Assembly: GCA_002009475.1 (NCBI GenBank) | Contig: AYTS01000035.1 | Coordinates: 4,710-68,709 of the forward strand | Direction of reading: 5' to 3' | DNA from: Candidatus Brocadia carolinensis | Lineage (GTDB): Bacteria; Planctomycetota; Brocadiia; Brocadiales; Brocadiaceae | DNA: 64,000 nt | Shown: in pieces, positions 19,081-28,601 of the stretch | Layout: the number at the start of each line of letters is the position of its first letter | Numbering within the stretch: the first letter of the stretch is position 1 | Translations under genes and position numbers: made by a program | The notes under the pieces: generated by a model | Seen by the model: the letters and a program-made list of their open reading frames with translations, nothing else | Told to the model about the DNA's origin: nothing | The model's database searches: none

Positions 19081-19117
19081 GCCGGTGCGTTCATGAACGT
19101 ACCGGCTTTCTTTGTTT
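19081..19117 (+). terminator. Intrinsic terminator between the two DUF11 paralogues
   Basis: gccggtgcgt-tcatga-acgtaccggc (10-bp stem with one G:U pair) followed by tttctttgttt. Confidence 0.65.
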
Positions 19118-19178
19118 CCTGGGTATTTGCAGAGTATGCTTTCAATACCTCCAATGTTTTTTTGAAAGGGGTTGTCGC

Positions 19179-20772
19179 ATGAACTGGCAGAAGAGACGAA
19201 ATCCTTTGGTGCTTTTATGCATAGGTGTAATATTTGGCATGTACGGCTGTAGTTATCAGCAAAACGACTTTTCGAACGAAAAACCGCCACATGCGCATGG
19301 ACATATTGAAGAAGACCCTGGGCCACGGCATGAACGTTTGCACACGAGTGAGACAAACGTAGCATACGATAAACGTGAAAGCAGCAGAACCTTTTCTACT
19401 ATTAATAAGAAGTACGGTGTTATCTTTATCGAAAAAAAATGCACCACAGGAAATCCAGGTAGGCAAGCCCTTTGATTATATTATTAAAGTTACCAACATT
19501 ACCGATGAAAAGCTTCAGGATGTCGAGATTACCGAAACTTTTTCCCATAAGTATAAGATTAGAAACTCCCTGCCCAAGTTTCAGAAAGGTTCCGGTGAGG
19601 GTACGGTAAAATGGGTTGTCGGAGACCTGGATCCCCATGCGATGAAGGAAATTCGGGTTAATGGCATAGCATTGGAAACAGGCGAGATGCCATTTTGCAC
19701 TGATGTTACCTATAACTTGCCGCCCCTTTGCCTTATCGCAAACGTAGTGGAGCCAAAGCTGACTATTACCAAACGTGCACCAGCCGAGGTTTTATTATGT
19801 GATACGATACCAATAGCCCTTGTGGTAAGCAATACCGGTACGGGTGTTGCCAGGAACATACAGGTGAGAGAGTCTCTTCCGGAAGGATTAAAGACGATGG
19901 ATGGCAAGAGCGATGTAGTTCAGGGAATTGACATGTTAAGGGCAGGAGAATCGCGGGAGATTGCCTTTACCGCAAAGGCAAACAGAACTGGTAAATTTAA
20001 TAATATTGCAACTGTGGAAGCGGAAGGCGGTTTGCAGGCAGAATCCAACTCGACTACAACCCTTGTAAAACAACCAGTGCTCACCATTACCAAAAAAGCA
20101 CCTGAAAGGATTTATACCGGCCGCGATATTACGTATACGATCGGCGTAAGCAATACGGGTGACGGTCCGGCAGCATCAGCGATTCTTGAAGATACCATAC
20201 CTGGAAATGCAACGCTGGTGAATGCAAGCCAGGGTGGTACGTTATCCGGGAGTACGGTTACCTGGAATTTTGGAACCTTACTGCCTCGTGATTCAAGAAA
20301 GGTCAGTGTGACTTTACAGGGAAGGGGACTTGGTAAAGTAACAAATACCGCGACCGTTAAGGCTGAATGCGCCAGCCCGGCATCAGCAACCGCTATTACC
20401 GATGTGATCGGGGTAGCTGCTATTTTACTGGAAGTAGTTGACATAACGGATCCCATAGAGGTTGGTGGTAATGAGACATACGAGATTACTGTGACAAATC
20501 AGGGTTCTGATTACAGTACCAATATCAGGATCAACTGCGTCCTTGAAGACACGATGCAATATATCTCATCTGATGGTCCAACAAAGGGGACAAGTATTGG
20601 TAAGAACGTGACTTTTGAGTCTTTAGTAAGCCTTGCACCAAAGGCAACAGCAACCTGGAAGGTCGTTGTGAAAGCTTTAAGTCCCGGCGACGTTCGTTTC
20701 AAGGTCGAAATGATCGAGGACTGCCTGAAACGTCCGGTTGTAGAGACTGAGGCAACCAACTTTTATGAATAA
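19179..20772 (+). CDS. DUF11-repeat envelope lipoprotein, OmcB-like (paralogue 2); frameshifted as assembled at A8 19432-19439
   Basis: MNWQKRRNPLVLLCIGVIFGMYGCS (lipobox) and HAHGHIEEDPGPRHERLH. Deleting one A joins ..GVIFIEKNAPQEIQVGKPFDYIIKVTNIT.. to ORF 19375..20772. It is collinear with paralogue 1 along the whole length. Confidence 0.8.
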
Positions 20773-20858
20773 ATTTTTGATTATTGAAGGGGAATCAGAA
20801 ACAAAAGCAATAAAAACCATTTCCCTATATGATGAGAGGATACGCGGTGGATTATAGC

Positions 20859-20888
20859 TTGACATGAAATACACACATTAGCTATAAT
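20859..20888 (+). promoter_or_regulatory. Near-consensus sigma-70 promoter (TTGACA-N18-TATAAT)
   Basis: TTGACA at 20859-20864 and TATAAT at 20883-20888, about 160 nt upstream of the hemerythrin-domain gene. Confidence 0.5.
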
Positions 20889-21044
20889 AAAATTTGAACG
20901 TCAAGAAGATTCAATCTTTTTGACTCATGTAGAGCGACCAATCTGGTCGCCTTACAATAAGGGGAGAGTAAAGTCGCTGTCAAAAGCAGTCTAAGGTAAG
21001 AATAATTTTATTAATGATTACCACAAAACTATCGTATAAGGAGG

Positions 21045-21848
21045 GTGTTTTTGGAGAATGTACTAAATAAAGAAATAAAACAGATTATCGAATCTTGCCC
21101 TGAAGTAGGCCGTATTCTTGATGAATATGGTATTGGTTGTGTCCCGTGTTCCGTGGGTAGCTGCCTTTTAAAGGATGTTGTGGGAATCCACAATCTTGAC
21201 CCGGAAAAAGAAGCTACCTTGATGTATCGGATAGAAAAGGCTATTTATCCTGATAGAAATGTTGCAAAACCGGTGATAGATCCAACAAAAAAATCGGCGC
21301 CGAAAAAAATCACGTATTCACCACCGGTCAAAAAGCTTGTCGACGAGCATGTTTTGATCAAACGGCTCCTGGCCTTAATCCCAACCATTGCTGATTATAT
21401 TGAAACTAGTATGAAGGTGGATAAGGATTTGGTACTGAGGTGCGTTGATTTTATTCGTACGTATGCAGACAAATATCATCACATGAAAGAAGAGGATATT
21501 TTGTTTAAATATGCCGACGAAAAGGCCGAGATTATCCAGGTCATGTATAAAGACCATGACACAGGGAGAGGTTATATCAGGCAGGTTGTTGAGGGAGCTG
21601 AAAAAGGGAATAAAGCGCAAATTAAACAAAACATGCTTGCTTATCAGGAACTGCTCACCCAGCATATTAAAAAAGAGGATGAAATTCTTTACCCATGGAT
21701 CGATCGCCAGCTATCAACAGCTCAGGTTGGTGAAATGTTTCGCAGGTGTAACGAAGCGGATGCTTCGGTAGGTGAAGAATTGCCAAAAAAGTACGAGAAG
21801 TTTATTGTTGATTTAGAAGAAAAATTTTTACAGGAGGTTACAAAATGA
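21045..21848 (+). CDS. Two-domain protein: N-terminal CxxC redox-disulfide-like (DUF1858-like) domain plus hemerythrin-like HHE cation-binding domain
   Basis: GIGCVPCSVGSC in the first 60 aa. The C-terminal half has H/E-rich helices typical of hemerythrin-like domains (YADKYHHMKEEDILF, QHIKKEDEILYPW). The real start may be TTG at 21051, which has better spacing from AGGAGG at 21038-21043. Confidence 0.6.
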   Translation: MFLENVLNKEIKQIIESCPEVGRILDEYGIGCVPCSVGSCLLKDVVGIHNLDPEKEATLMYRIEKAIYPDRNVAKPVIDPTKKSAPKKITYSPPVKKLVDEHVLIKRLLALIPTIADYIETSMKVDKDLVLRCVDFIRTYADKYHHMKEEDILFKYADEKAEIIQVMYKDHDTGRGYIRQVVEGAEKGNKAQIKQNMLAYQELLTQHIKKEDEILYPWIDRQLSTAQVGEMFRRCNEADASVGEELPKKYEKFIVDLEEKFLQEVTK

Positions 21849-22306
21849 GTGGATGTCCAGGATCAAGAACCATAGATTTTAGTGAAAATACGGCTCAAGA
21901 GGGTAGCGAAACAGGAAAACGCCCTTCTCAATTAAGACAGTGGCCGATACAGATGCATTTGGTTTCCCCACAAGCTCCATATTTTCAGGGCAAGGATATC
22001 TTGCTGGCAGCAGACTGTACGGCTTTTTCTCTCGGTGATTTTCATAAAGATTATCTGAAAGGAAAGAGCATTGCGATTGCCTGTCCAAAGTTAGATTCTG
22101 ATCAGGAAATTTATACGGAAAAGATTAAGGCATTGATTGATGACGCAAAGATTAACACCTTAACCGTTATGATCATGCAAGTTCCCTGTTGTTTTGGATT
22201 GGCACAAATTGCGAAAGAAGGCGCAGAAAAAGCCACACGCAAGATCCCGATAAAACAGGTCGTTGTTGGGCTTGAAGGAAATATCTTATCAGAAGAATGG
22301 ATTTAA
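21845..22306 (+). CDS. Conserved uncharacterised Cys-containing protein (a family I recall as often fused to 4Fe-4S ferredoxin domains or sited near hybrid-cluster-protein genes)
   Basis: LRQWPIQMHLVSPQAPYFQGKDILLAADCTAF...IACPKLDSDQEIYTEKI...LTVMIMQVPCCFGL. ATGA overlap with the upstream gene. The family assignment is from memory only. Confidence 0.45.
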   Translation: MSGCPGSRTIDFSENTAQEGSETGKRPSQLRQWPIQMHLVSPQAPYFQGKDILLAADCTAFSLGDFHKDYLKGKSIAIACPKLDSDQEIYTEKIKALIDDAKINTLTVMIMQVPCCFGLAQIAKEGAEKATRKIPIKQVVVGLEGNILSEEWI

Positions 22307-22330
22307 GGGTTGGTAACAGTCCTTCGTAAT

Positions 22331-22374
22331 AAAAAAAAATCCTTGGGGATGTCAGTTTCCCCAAGGATTTTTTG
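22331..22374. terminator. Bidirectional intrinsic terminator between convergent genes
   Basis: An A9 run, then tccttgggga-tgtcagttt-ccccaaggat, then a T run. Confidence 0.75.
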
Positions 22375-22416
22375 TTACTATACGTTTATTTTGCATCACG
22401 GGTTTTTTCGTTTAGA

Positions 22417-22965
22417 TTACGGTATCCGGAATATTTGTCGCTGCGCCCGCATGCTTTCCCCCCGCTGTATGTCTATAATCATTTCTGTACCCTTGCCCTG
22501 GAATTCATAAACTAATTTTCCGCCACCTTCTTCCGAGTGACTGGCAAACAAAACCCGACCGGAAATAGAATTCCCATCCAGACTGGCGGCAATAGCTTTT
22601 AAAGGCAGACAGCAAGACGCCTGGAAGACCAGTGTGTCGTCGAATACAAAAAGATGTGTATAATGCGGTCTTCGGCTACCTTTCTGTCTCATGCTAACAT
22701 CAGAATTTTGTAAAGAAGGTATGGTTTTATTGTAGGGTTGTGTTTCAACCATATACTTCTCACAGGCGTGAACAATATTTTCCGAAGAAAGATTGAAAGA
22801 CAAACCAACAAGTTCAAGGATTGCTTTTGCATCCTCCAGATCCTGCACAATGCTATCTTTTGAAGCTACCGCTCTAGCTCTGGTTCTGAGACTTAATGCT
22901 TTTGGCGCATGAAGGTCAACGCATGGTAGCTTTTCATAATCAATATTTGTAATACTTGCACGCAT
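22417..22965 (-). CDS. Hypothetical protein (182 aa), last gene of the AT-rich orphan operon
   Basis: Long ORF with no motif I recognise. Co-directional with 22988..25541 and 22 nt downstream of it. Confidence 0.5.
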   Translation of the reverse strand: MRASITNIDYEKLPCVDLHAPKALSLRTRARAVASKDSIVQDLEDAKAILELVGLSFNLSSENIVHACEKYMVETQPYNKTIPSLQNSDVSMRQKGSRRPHYTHLFVFDDTLVFQASCCLPLKAIAASLDGNSISGRVLFASHSEEGGGKLVYEFQGKGTEMIIDIQRGESMRAQRQIFRIP

Positions 22966-22987
22966 TAGTTTTTTTTCCTGAAAGAGC

Positions 22988-25541
22988 TCACCGTTTTTTT
23001 TTCCTCTCAGAAAGTAAGATTGTCATTTTTTTATACTCTCTGACAATTGCTCTTTTTTCAATTTCTTTTAAAAGATCTTCGACTTCCTCTTTTTGTGGTT
23101 CCTTAAAACTTTCTCCTACCTGATAATGAAATATGGTACCAACGCTTTCGCTGAACATGTCTTCCATGGATCGGGTCATATCAATCAATTTTACATCAAT
23201 GTTACTTAACAGGTATGTTATCTGATCAAAAAGAACGCTTGTAGCCACGCCTGAGTGGACAAACGAATGTCTATGCAAATTACTTTCAATATCATGCATA
23301 AATGCTTCAATCTGAGTAATCTGATTTTGCAAGAGAAGAATTGCCTTTTCCAAATTCTTTCTCATCAATTGAGAGCTTTTTAGATAGTTAATGTGAACAT
23401 CAGGTTCCCTGGATACCTTTTTATTGTTACCCCTGAGGTACGATGAGATTTTATGATCAATGTCCCGCACTTCAGTAATTAAGCGGTCAAGACTGAGCTC
23501 TATAGTTTCAAATTCAGATGAATTTTTATAATAGCAGGTGTTTTTTAATTCTTCATGGAAGTTTTCGATCTGCGTTAAAAATCCTCCCAGTTCCTTTGCA
23601 CTGTAAGAAAAAAAACTCAAAGTCGTTCTTGAAGGTATCAATTTTGTTTGTCAAAATTTCTGTTTCTCTGATATGTTTCAGCCCGGTCTTAATATCAACA
23701 AAGTTTTTGAAAACAGGCTTTTGGTGTAATTGTAGCGTAAAAGCCTCATGGTTGCTGGTTTGCCCCTTCACAGTTGCGCATTTGCTGGAAATAAAATCTT
23801 CGAGGGATTTAACCGTATTAATGATCTTTCCGTAAGCATCTTCCTTTAATGGTTTATCAAAGAGAAGTCTTTGCAACTCTGTTAATATCCCGCGTGCAGC
23901 TTCCTGATCTTGTATATTTTCCAATATTCCCATGCTGCTTAAATCGTTTTGGAACAATTCAAATTTGTTGGAGGTGGCAAAAATAGCCTTCAGAGGATCC
24001 TGAATATCGCTTTGCCTCTCCATCTTCTTTATTAACTCTTTCAACTTGTCAAGGACATGAGATAAATTGGTAAACTGTGGCACACACATTCTTGCTTTTA
24101 AAAAAGCATTCTCGCCCGAAAGAGTCTTCAATTTTGACAACTTCTCCAGATTTACACTAAATTTACTAATAAGTTCTTGCATGTCTTCGTGTTCTGGTTT
24201 TGGGACTTGATTCTGACGAAAAACTGGTTTTGTGGAAATATTGATTGCTACGGAAAAGACAGATTCAATGCACTTTTTCAGAATGGAACCAAAATTCTTT
24301 GATGATTTTTCTGTACGATGAATCGCTTCCCGATCATCAGATACGTCCGTGTTCGTGTCCCGAATCATGAAAAAATCGAGGTATGCCAGAAGTTTGGTAA
24401 AAGAATTCAGCAGTTCCTGATAATCGTTTTGCAACATCGGAAGCTTTGAAATGATTTGCAATTTCTTCAGCTCATGATAGTTCGCTGTTAAATTTTCCAG
24501 CTCACTGCGAACATCCGGTTTGTTTTTCGTTAATTTTTTCATTAAACGCGCAATAAACTTTTCAATGCAATTAGCATACGTTAAGAATAGGTTGTATTCC
24601 TCCAGAAGCTTAAATTGACCGTTCAGCCTGTTAGATGCAGAATAGATGTAACCTGCATATGCCGGAATAGCCTTCCAGTTGTTATTTTCGATGATGTGTT
24701 CAAGCCTCATTAAATCCAAAAATAACTCTTTATTAAATAACAACGGGTTATCCGACGAGGCAATATGATTAAAAATATCAGCGAAGAAACCAAAATCATC
24801 AATTTTTTCTTCAACAATTTTTATGTCATTCTCCTGAAGATTAAATATCCTCAGCTTCAGGTAATGTTGCTCTAAATCTAACTTAAGGATCAGAGAAATA
24901 AAACAGAGATTTACATAGATTTCTTTTAGGCCTGTTGTCGTAAAGACTTTATTTTTCGTTTCAATTTTATTGAATCGAAGTTCCTTCCCTATTTTTTCAG
25001 AAGTTAGTGGCAGTCCATTGAGAATTAAGTAATCACCTAACCGTCCGGTGTACTTTTCAGATGATTCTGCGCTGACAATAAAGTTGCGGTGAATGTAATC
25101 CGGTGCACAAGTTTCTATCTGGCCCTGTTCCGTTTCATCAATGATTAAAAGATTACTCGCGTCCTTCTCAACACTTTTTTTATAGTGTAATACCAGATGG
25201 GTTTTCGTTAGACATTGAACAAGGGCTTCAATTTCTGTCCGCGTAGCGGTCATAGTTGTTTCCACAATCCCTTGTTCTTTCAAGGTGAGGATGGTATTGA
25301 TTTCGCCGTTGAGAAACAAACGCTTGGAAATGATTCTTAAGGTCTTTTCAAAAGAAGTATCGATAACCTCACCCTTAAACTTAACGTTGAAAGATTTTAA
25401 AGGTTCCCTGGCCACCTTTTCTTTGATCTGCTCCTTTATACCGTCAATGTGCGTCCGCACAGCCTCTGAGGTGTGATATTTCTTCTTTAAGAGTTCGTAT
25501 AAATAATTGTTTGCAAGAGAGATTTGAGTTTTCATATCCAC
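22988..25541 (-). CDS. Large (~850 aa) predominantly helical hypothetical protein; frameshifted as assembled at the A8 run 23608-23615
   Basis: ORFs 23553..25541 and 22988..23641 overlap by 89 nt. Deleting one base of the run joins ...KIDTFKNDFEFFSYSAKELGGFLTQIENFHEEL... No P-loop, nuclease or other catalytic motif was seen. The sequence is rich in K/E/L/N/I. Confidence 0.6.
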
Positions 25542-25594
25542 AATGTAATAAAAGTTTCCAAGACTGTCAAAATAATTCTCATGTTTTTAAAAAA

Positions 25595-26248
25595 TTATTG
25601 ATTGCCTGCTTGCTTACCGGCTGCAAGCAACTTTTGGGCAAGCTGAAAGGTGATTTTTTCAATTGAATCTTCCACCGCAGGGCCATACTTTGGCCCAGAG
25701 GTTCTCCACCAGCCCCCTTCCGTCTCAAAATCAATTACATCCAAATGTTTTCCCTCCACGGTCAATTTCTCGTCAAATATTTTCATGAAGTGTTTATCTA
25801 AAAAAGCAGCTTGAATTGACAGGTCATGCTTTCCAATAGCCCTCCAAACGGAATCTTCAACAATCAATTCTAACCTTGATTCCATTAATTGTACGGTTAA
25901 CACGGCATCTAATTTATCTTTTTCAATCGTTTCATGGCGTGGCAACTCATTCAAAATCGTTACCTTGCTAAATACCTTCTGTGTTATTTCCTCGATGCTT
26001 TTAGCCAGCGGCTCTCCTATGGAAAATATATAATGATGTTTGCCAACGATCATATTCGTTTGCCATTCCTCTTGAGTCCATTGACGAAGCGAAGGTTCGA
26101 TAAAAAGACCTATGTGTGTTGGGATCGGTTGCGTAACTCTCAAACTTTTATCCAAGTCAGGTCTGATTGGCACCTTAATCCCGTGTTCGTTGGCACACCC
26201 CACAACAAAGAGAAAAAGCAAAGTGATCAGCGCTGCTTTTTTATTCAT
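25595..26248 (-). CDS. Hypothetical lipoprotein (217 aa), first gene of the AT-rich orphan operon
   Basis: MNKKAALITLLFLFVVGCANE is a signal peptide plus lipobox. No recognisable domain. Confidence 0.6.
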   Translation of the reverse strand: MNKKAALITLLFLFVVGCANEHGIKVPIRPDLDKSLRVTQPIPTHIGLFIEPSLRQWTQEEWQTNMIVGKHHYIFSIGEPLAKSIEEITQKVFSKVTILNELPRHETIEKDKLDAVLTVQLMESRLELIVEDSVWRAIGKHDLSIQAAFLDKHFMKIFDEKLTVEGKHLDVIDFETEGGWWRTSGPKYGPAVEDSIEKITFQLAQKLLAAGKQAGNQ

Positions 26249-26795
26249 ACGATCATACCCAGATTAGTAAAATTGTAACAATTTAAGCAGAAATTGAGTA
26301 GTTAATTTTGAAAGTAGGTTGAGAAATAACTACGAGTCTTTTTGCACTTCAGACCATGGGAAATTACTCTACGTCCTGTTCCGTGACCACAAGGGAAACT
26401 CCCTTTCCACAAGAAAAGGGTTTCCTCCTTGCAAAGAAAGGAACAAGGGGAGGTCAATTTTATTGTGGCAACTATCTGTGATGAAATGATGAAAGATCGT
26501 ACCCTAAGAAAAATACTGATTCAATATATTTCAAAATTTTCTTATTCCTGCCAACAACTTGAGGAAAACAAATTGCTTGAAACAAAAGCAAAAACCGGCT
26601 ACACTAAATGAGCATGTGAACACCATTTCCTGATGTGGACGCTATTGTTCAGTTTTCCTTGTGTACGAAAATAGTGTGAGGCATAACTTCATAAGGAAAA
26701 GCACGAAAAGTAGCTTGCATGAAACTTTTCTGTGCTATAGCTTGTTGAATAGTGTACGAATTTGATATGCAAAACCCTTCATAAGGAGTGCAGCG

Positions 26796-27059
26796 ATGTC
26801 AGAACATTTTTCAAATAAAGAAATCGGGGAAAAATATAAAGCAGTGATCTCCTCTGCCAAATGTCCAAACTGTAATGGAGAAGCTGTTTCTGTTACAGTG
26901 AAAACACTTAAAGTGCCCTGGATGGTTAGGTGTTTCAGTTGTGGATACAGTGACGTGATAATGTGGATTGAGAAGCAGGTAATGGACGCGTTAAAGAATG
27001 TAAACGTGTTCAATCAAATATGGAAGGATGGACAATCGATAGAAATAATTCTGAAATAA
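26796..27059 (+). CDS. Small zinc-ribbon hypothetical protein (87 aa)
   Basis: CPNC...(24 aa)...CFSC pair. SD-like aaggag lies 9 nt upstream of the ATG. Confidence 0.4.
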   Translation: MSEHFSNKEIGEKYKAVISSAKCPNCNGEAVSVTVKTLKVPWMVRCFSCGYSDVIMWIEKQVMDALKNVNVFNQIWKDGQSIEIILK

Positions 27060-27124
27060 GTGCACCGGTATTTTCTATATTTTCCGGTTTTTGAAAAAAG
27101 ACCCGAATTGTCGGAGGCTCATAC

Positions 27125-27640
27125 TCAGTATTTTATAACAGAAAATATGTTATAAGGACTGAGGTTTTTTTTGCCATTAAGAAATGTTAACTCAATCAAA
27201 AAAGCACAGCCTACGATAATTCCACCGAGAGATTCAACCATTTTGCAGCAGGCTGACATGGTCCCACCGGTAGCTAACAGGTCATCTACCATAAGGACGT
27301 GTTGTCCTTTGCTGATTCCATCCTTATGTATTTCGAGTGCGTCTGTACCGTATTCAAGGGTATAGCTCATACTAATCTTTTCGTAAGGAAGTTTACCTGG
27401 TTTTCTGACTGGAGTGAATCCGGCGCCCAGATTGAAAGCAACGGTAGGCGCCAAAATAAACCCCCTGGCTTCAGTGCCAACAACAATGTCAACCTTCTTG
27501 TCTTTGTAATGGTCAGAAATTATTTCAACGGCGGTCCTTAATCCCTTTGGATTTTGCAAGAGAGTGGTAATGTCTTTAAAGATAATTCCTTTTTTGGGGA
27601 AATCAGGCACATCGCGCACTAAATTTTTTAACTCATTCAT
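27125..27640 (-). CDS. apt: Adenine phosphoribosyltransferase
   Basis: 171 aa with FPKKGIIFKDITTLL and the PRPP motif VLMVDDLLATGGT. Confidence 0.9.
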   Translation of the reverse strand: MNELKNLVRDVPDFPKKGIIFKDITTLLQNPKGLRTAVEIISDHYKDKKVDIVVGTEARGFILAPTVAFNLGAGFTPVRKPGKLPYEKISMSYTLEYGTDALEIHKDGISKGQHVLMVDDLLATGGTMSACCKMVESLGGIIVGCAFLIELTFLNGKKNLSPYNIFSVIKY

Positions 27641-27643
27641 AAA

Positions 27644-28490
27644 TCATTTCTCTTTTGTCAGAATATAATGAAGTTTTTGAATCGTTTCTTTCTCGATTTG
27701 CCTGACACGTTCACGGCTTAAATGCAATAACGTCCCGATTTCTTCTAGGGTCTTTGGCTCACCATCCTCCAGCCCGTATCGTAACTTTATTACCGTGGCT
27801 TCTCTTTTGTCAATAATCCCAAGGAACTTTTTCAGTTCTTCCCGCTCATATCTTTCCTCAAGTTCCTCTTCAGGCGTGGGTGTTCTTGCATCGGGGACAA
27901 CATTACTCAGTGCCCAGATGAGATCTGAGCCGGTAAAATCTTCTCTGTCGAGGGTAATGGTTGAGCGTGTGGCATGCTCGATTGATTCAACTTTTTTTGC
28001 AGTAATATCCATCTCTTCCGCTATCTCGTTATTGGTCGGTTCTCTTTCAAGTTTGTCAAACAACTGATTTGAGGTAGTTTTGAGCCGGGATATTTTTTCA
28101 AACATATACGATGGTATGCGGATCATTTTTGCCTTATCAGTTAAAGCTCTTCTGACTGCCTGCTTAATCCACCACGTTGCATACGTACTGAATTTATACC
28201 CTGTTGAAGGATCAAATCCCTGAACTGCCCGAATCAGTCCCAAATTCCCTTCCTCAATCAGATCAAGGAAGGAAAGCCCACGGCTGATATACTCTTTCGC
28301 TATACTTATAACCAGTCGCAGGTTAGAACGTATCAGTCTTTCCCGAGCCTTTTCATCTCCATCAACGACCTTTCTTGTTATTTCTTTTTCTTCTTCCGGA
28401 GACAATAACGGAATTTGATTAACTTCTTTCAGGTACGTTTGTAAAGCAGACTCCGTGGGATACCTCCTTCTTTTTCTCTGATGATGTCAC
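27644..28490 (-). CDS. Sigma-70 family RNA polymerase sigma factor (group 2/3-like, no region 1.1); 5' end uncertain
   Basis: Regions 2-4 are clear (LIEEGNLGLIRAVQGFDPSTGYKFSTYATWWIKQAV; C-terminal HTH TLEEIGTLLHLSRERVRQIE). The region 1.2-like sequence ESALQTYLKEVNQIPLLSPEEE continues upstream of the ORF-track TTG (28405) with no in-frame ATG/GTG/TTG. GTG at 28490 is reachable only with a -1 shift around the A5 run at 28470-28474. Confidence 0.75.
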
Positions 28491-28601
28491 GATACCTTTG
28501 CAGTGTCCGAATCCTGTTCCTCAGGAGCTACAGCTTCACGATCAGACTGCTTTTGAGAATCATCGTTTGAAGCCGTTGTCGCGGCGCCTTTTCCTGTTGC
28601 A

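Noticed and set aside
26280-26795. A 500-nt intergenic region with ORF 26429..26611, considered as a possible small gene or ncRNA between divergent operons.
   Set aside because: No RBS, repeats, conserved-looking structure or terminator was recognised. It most likely holds only divergent promoter regions.
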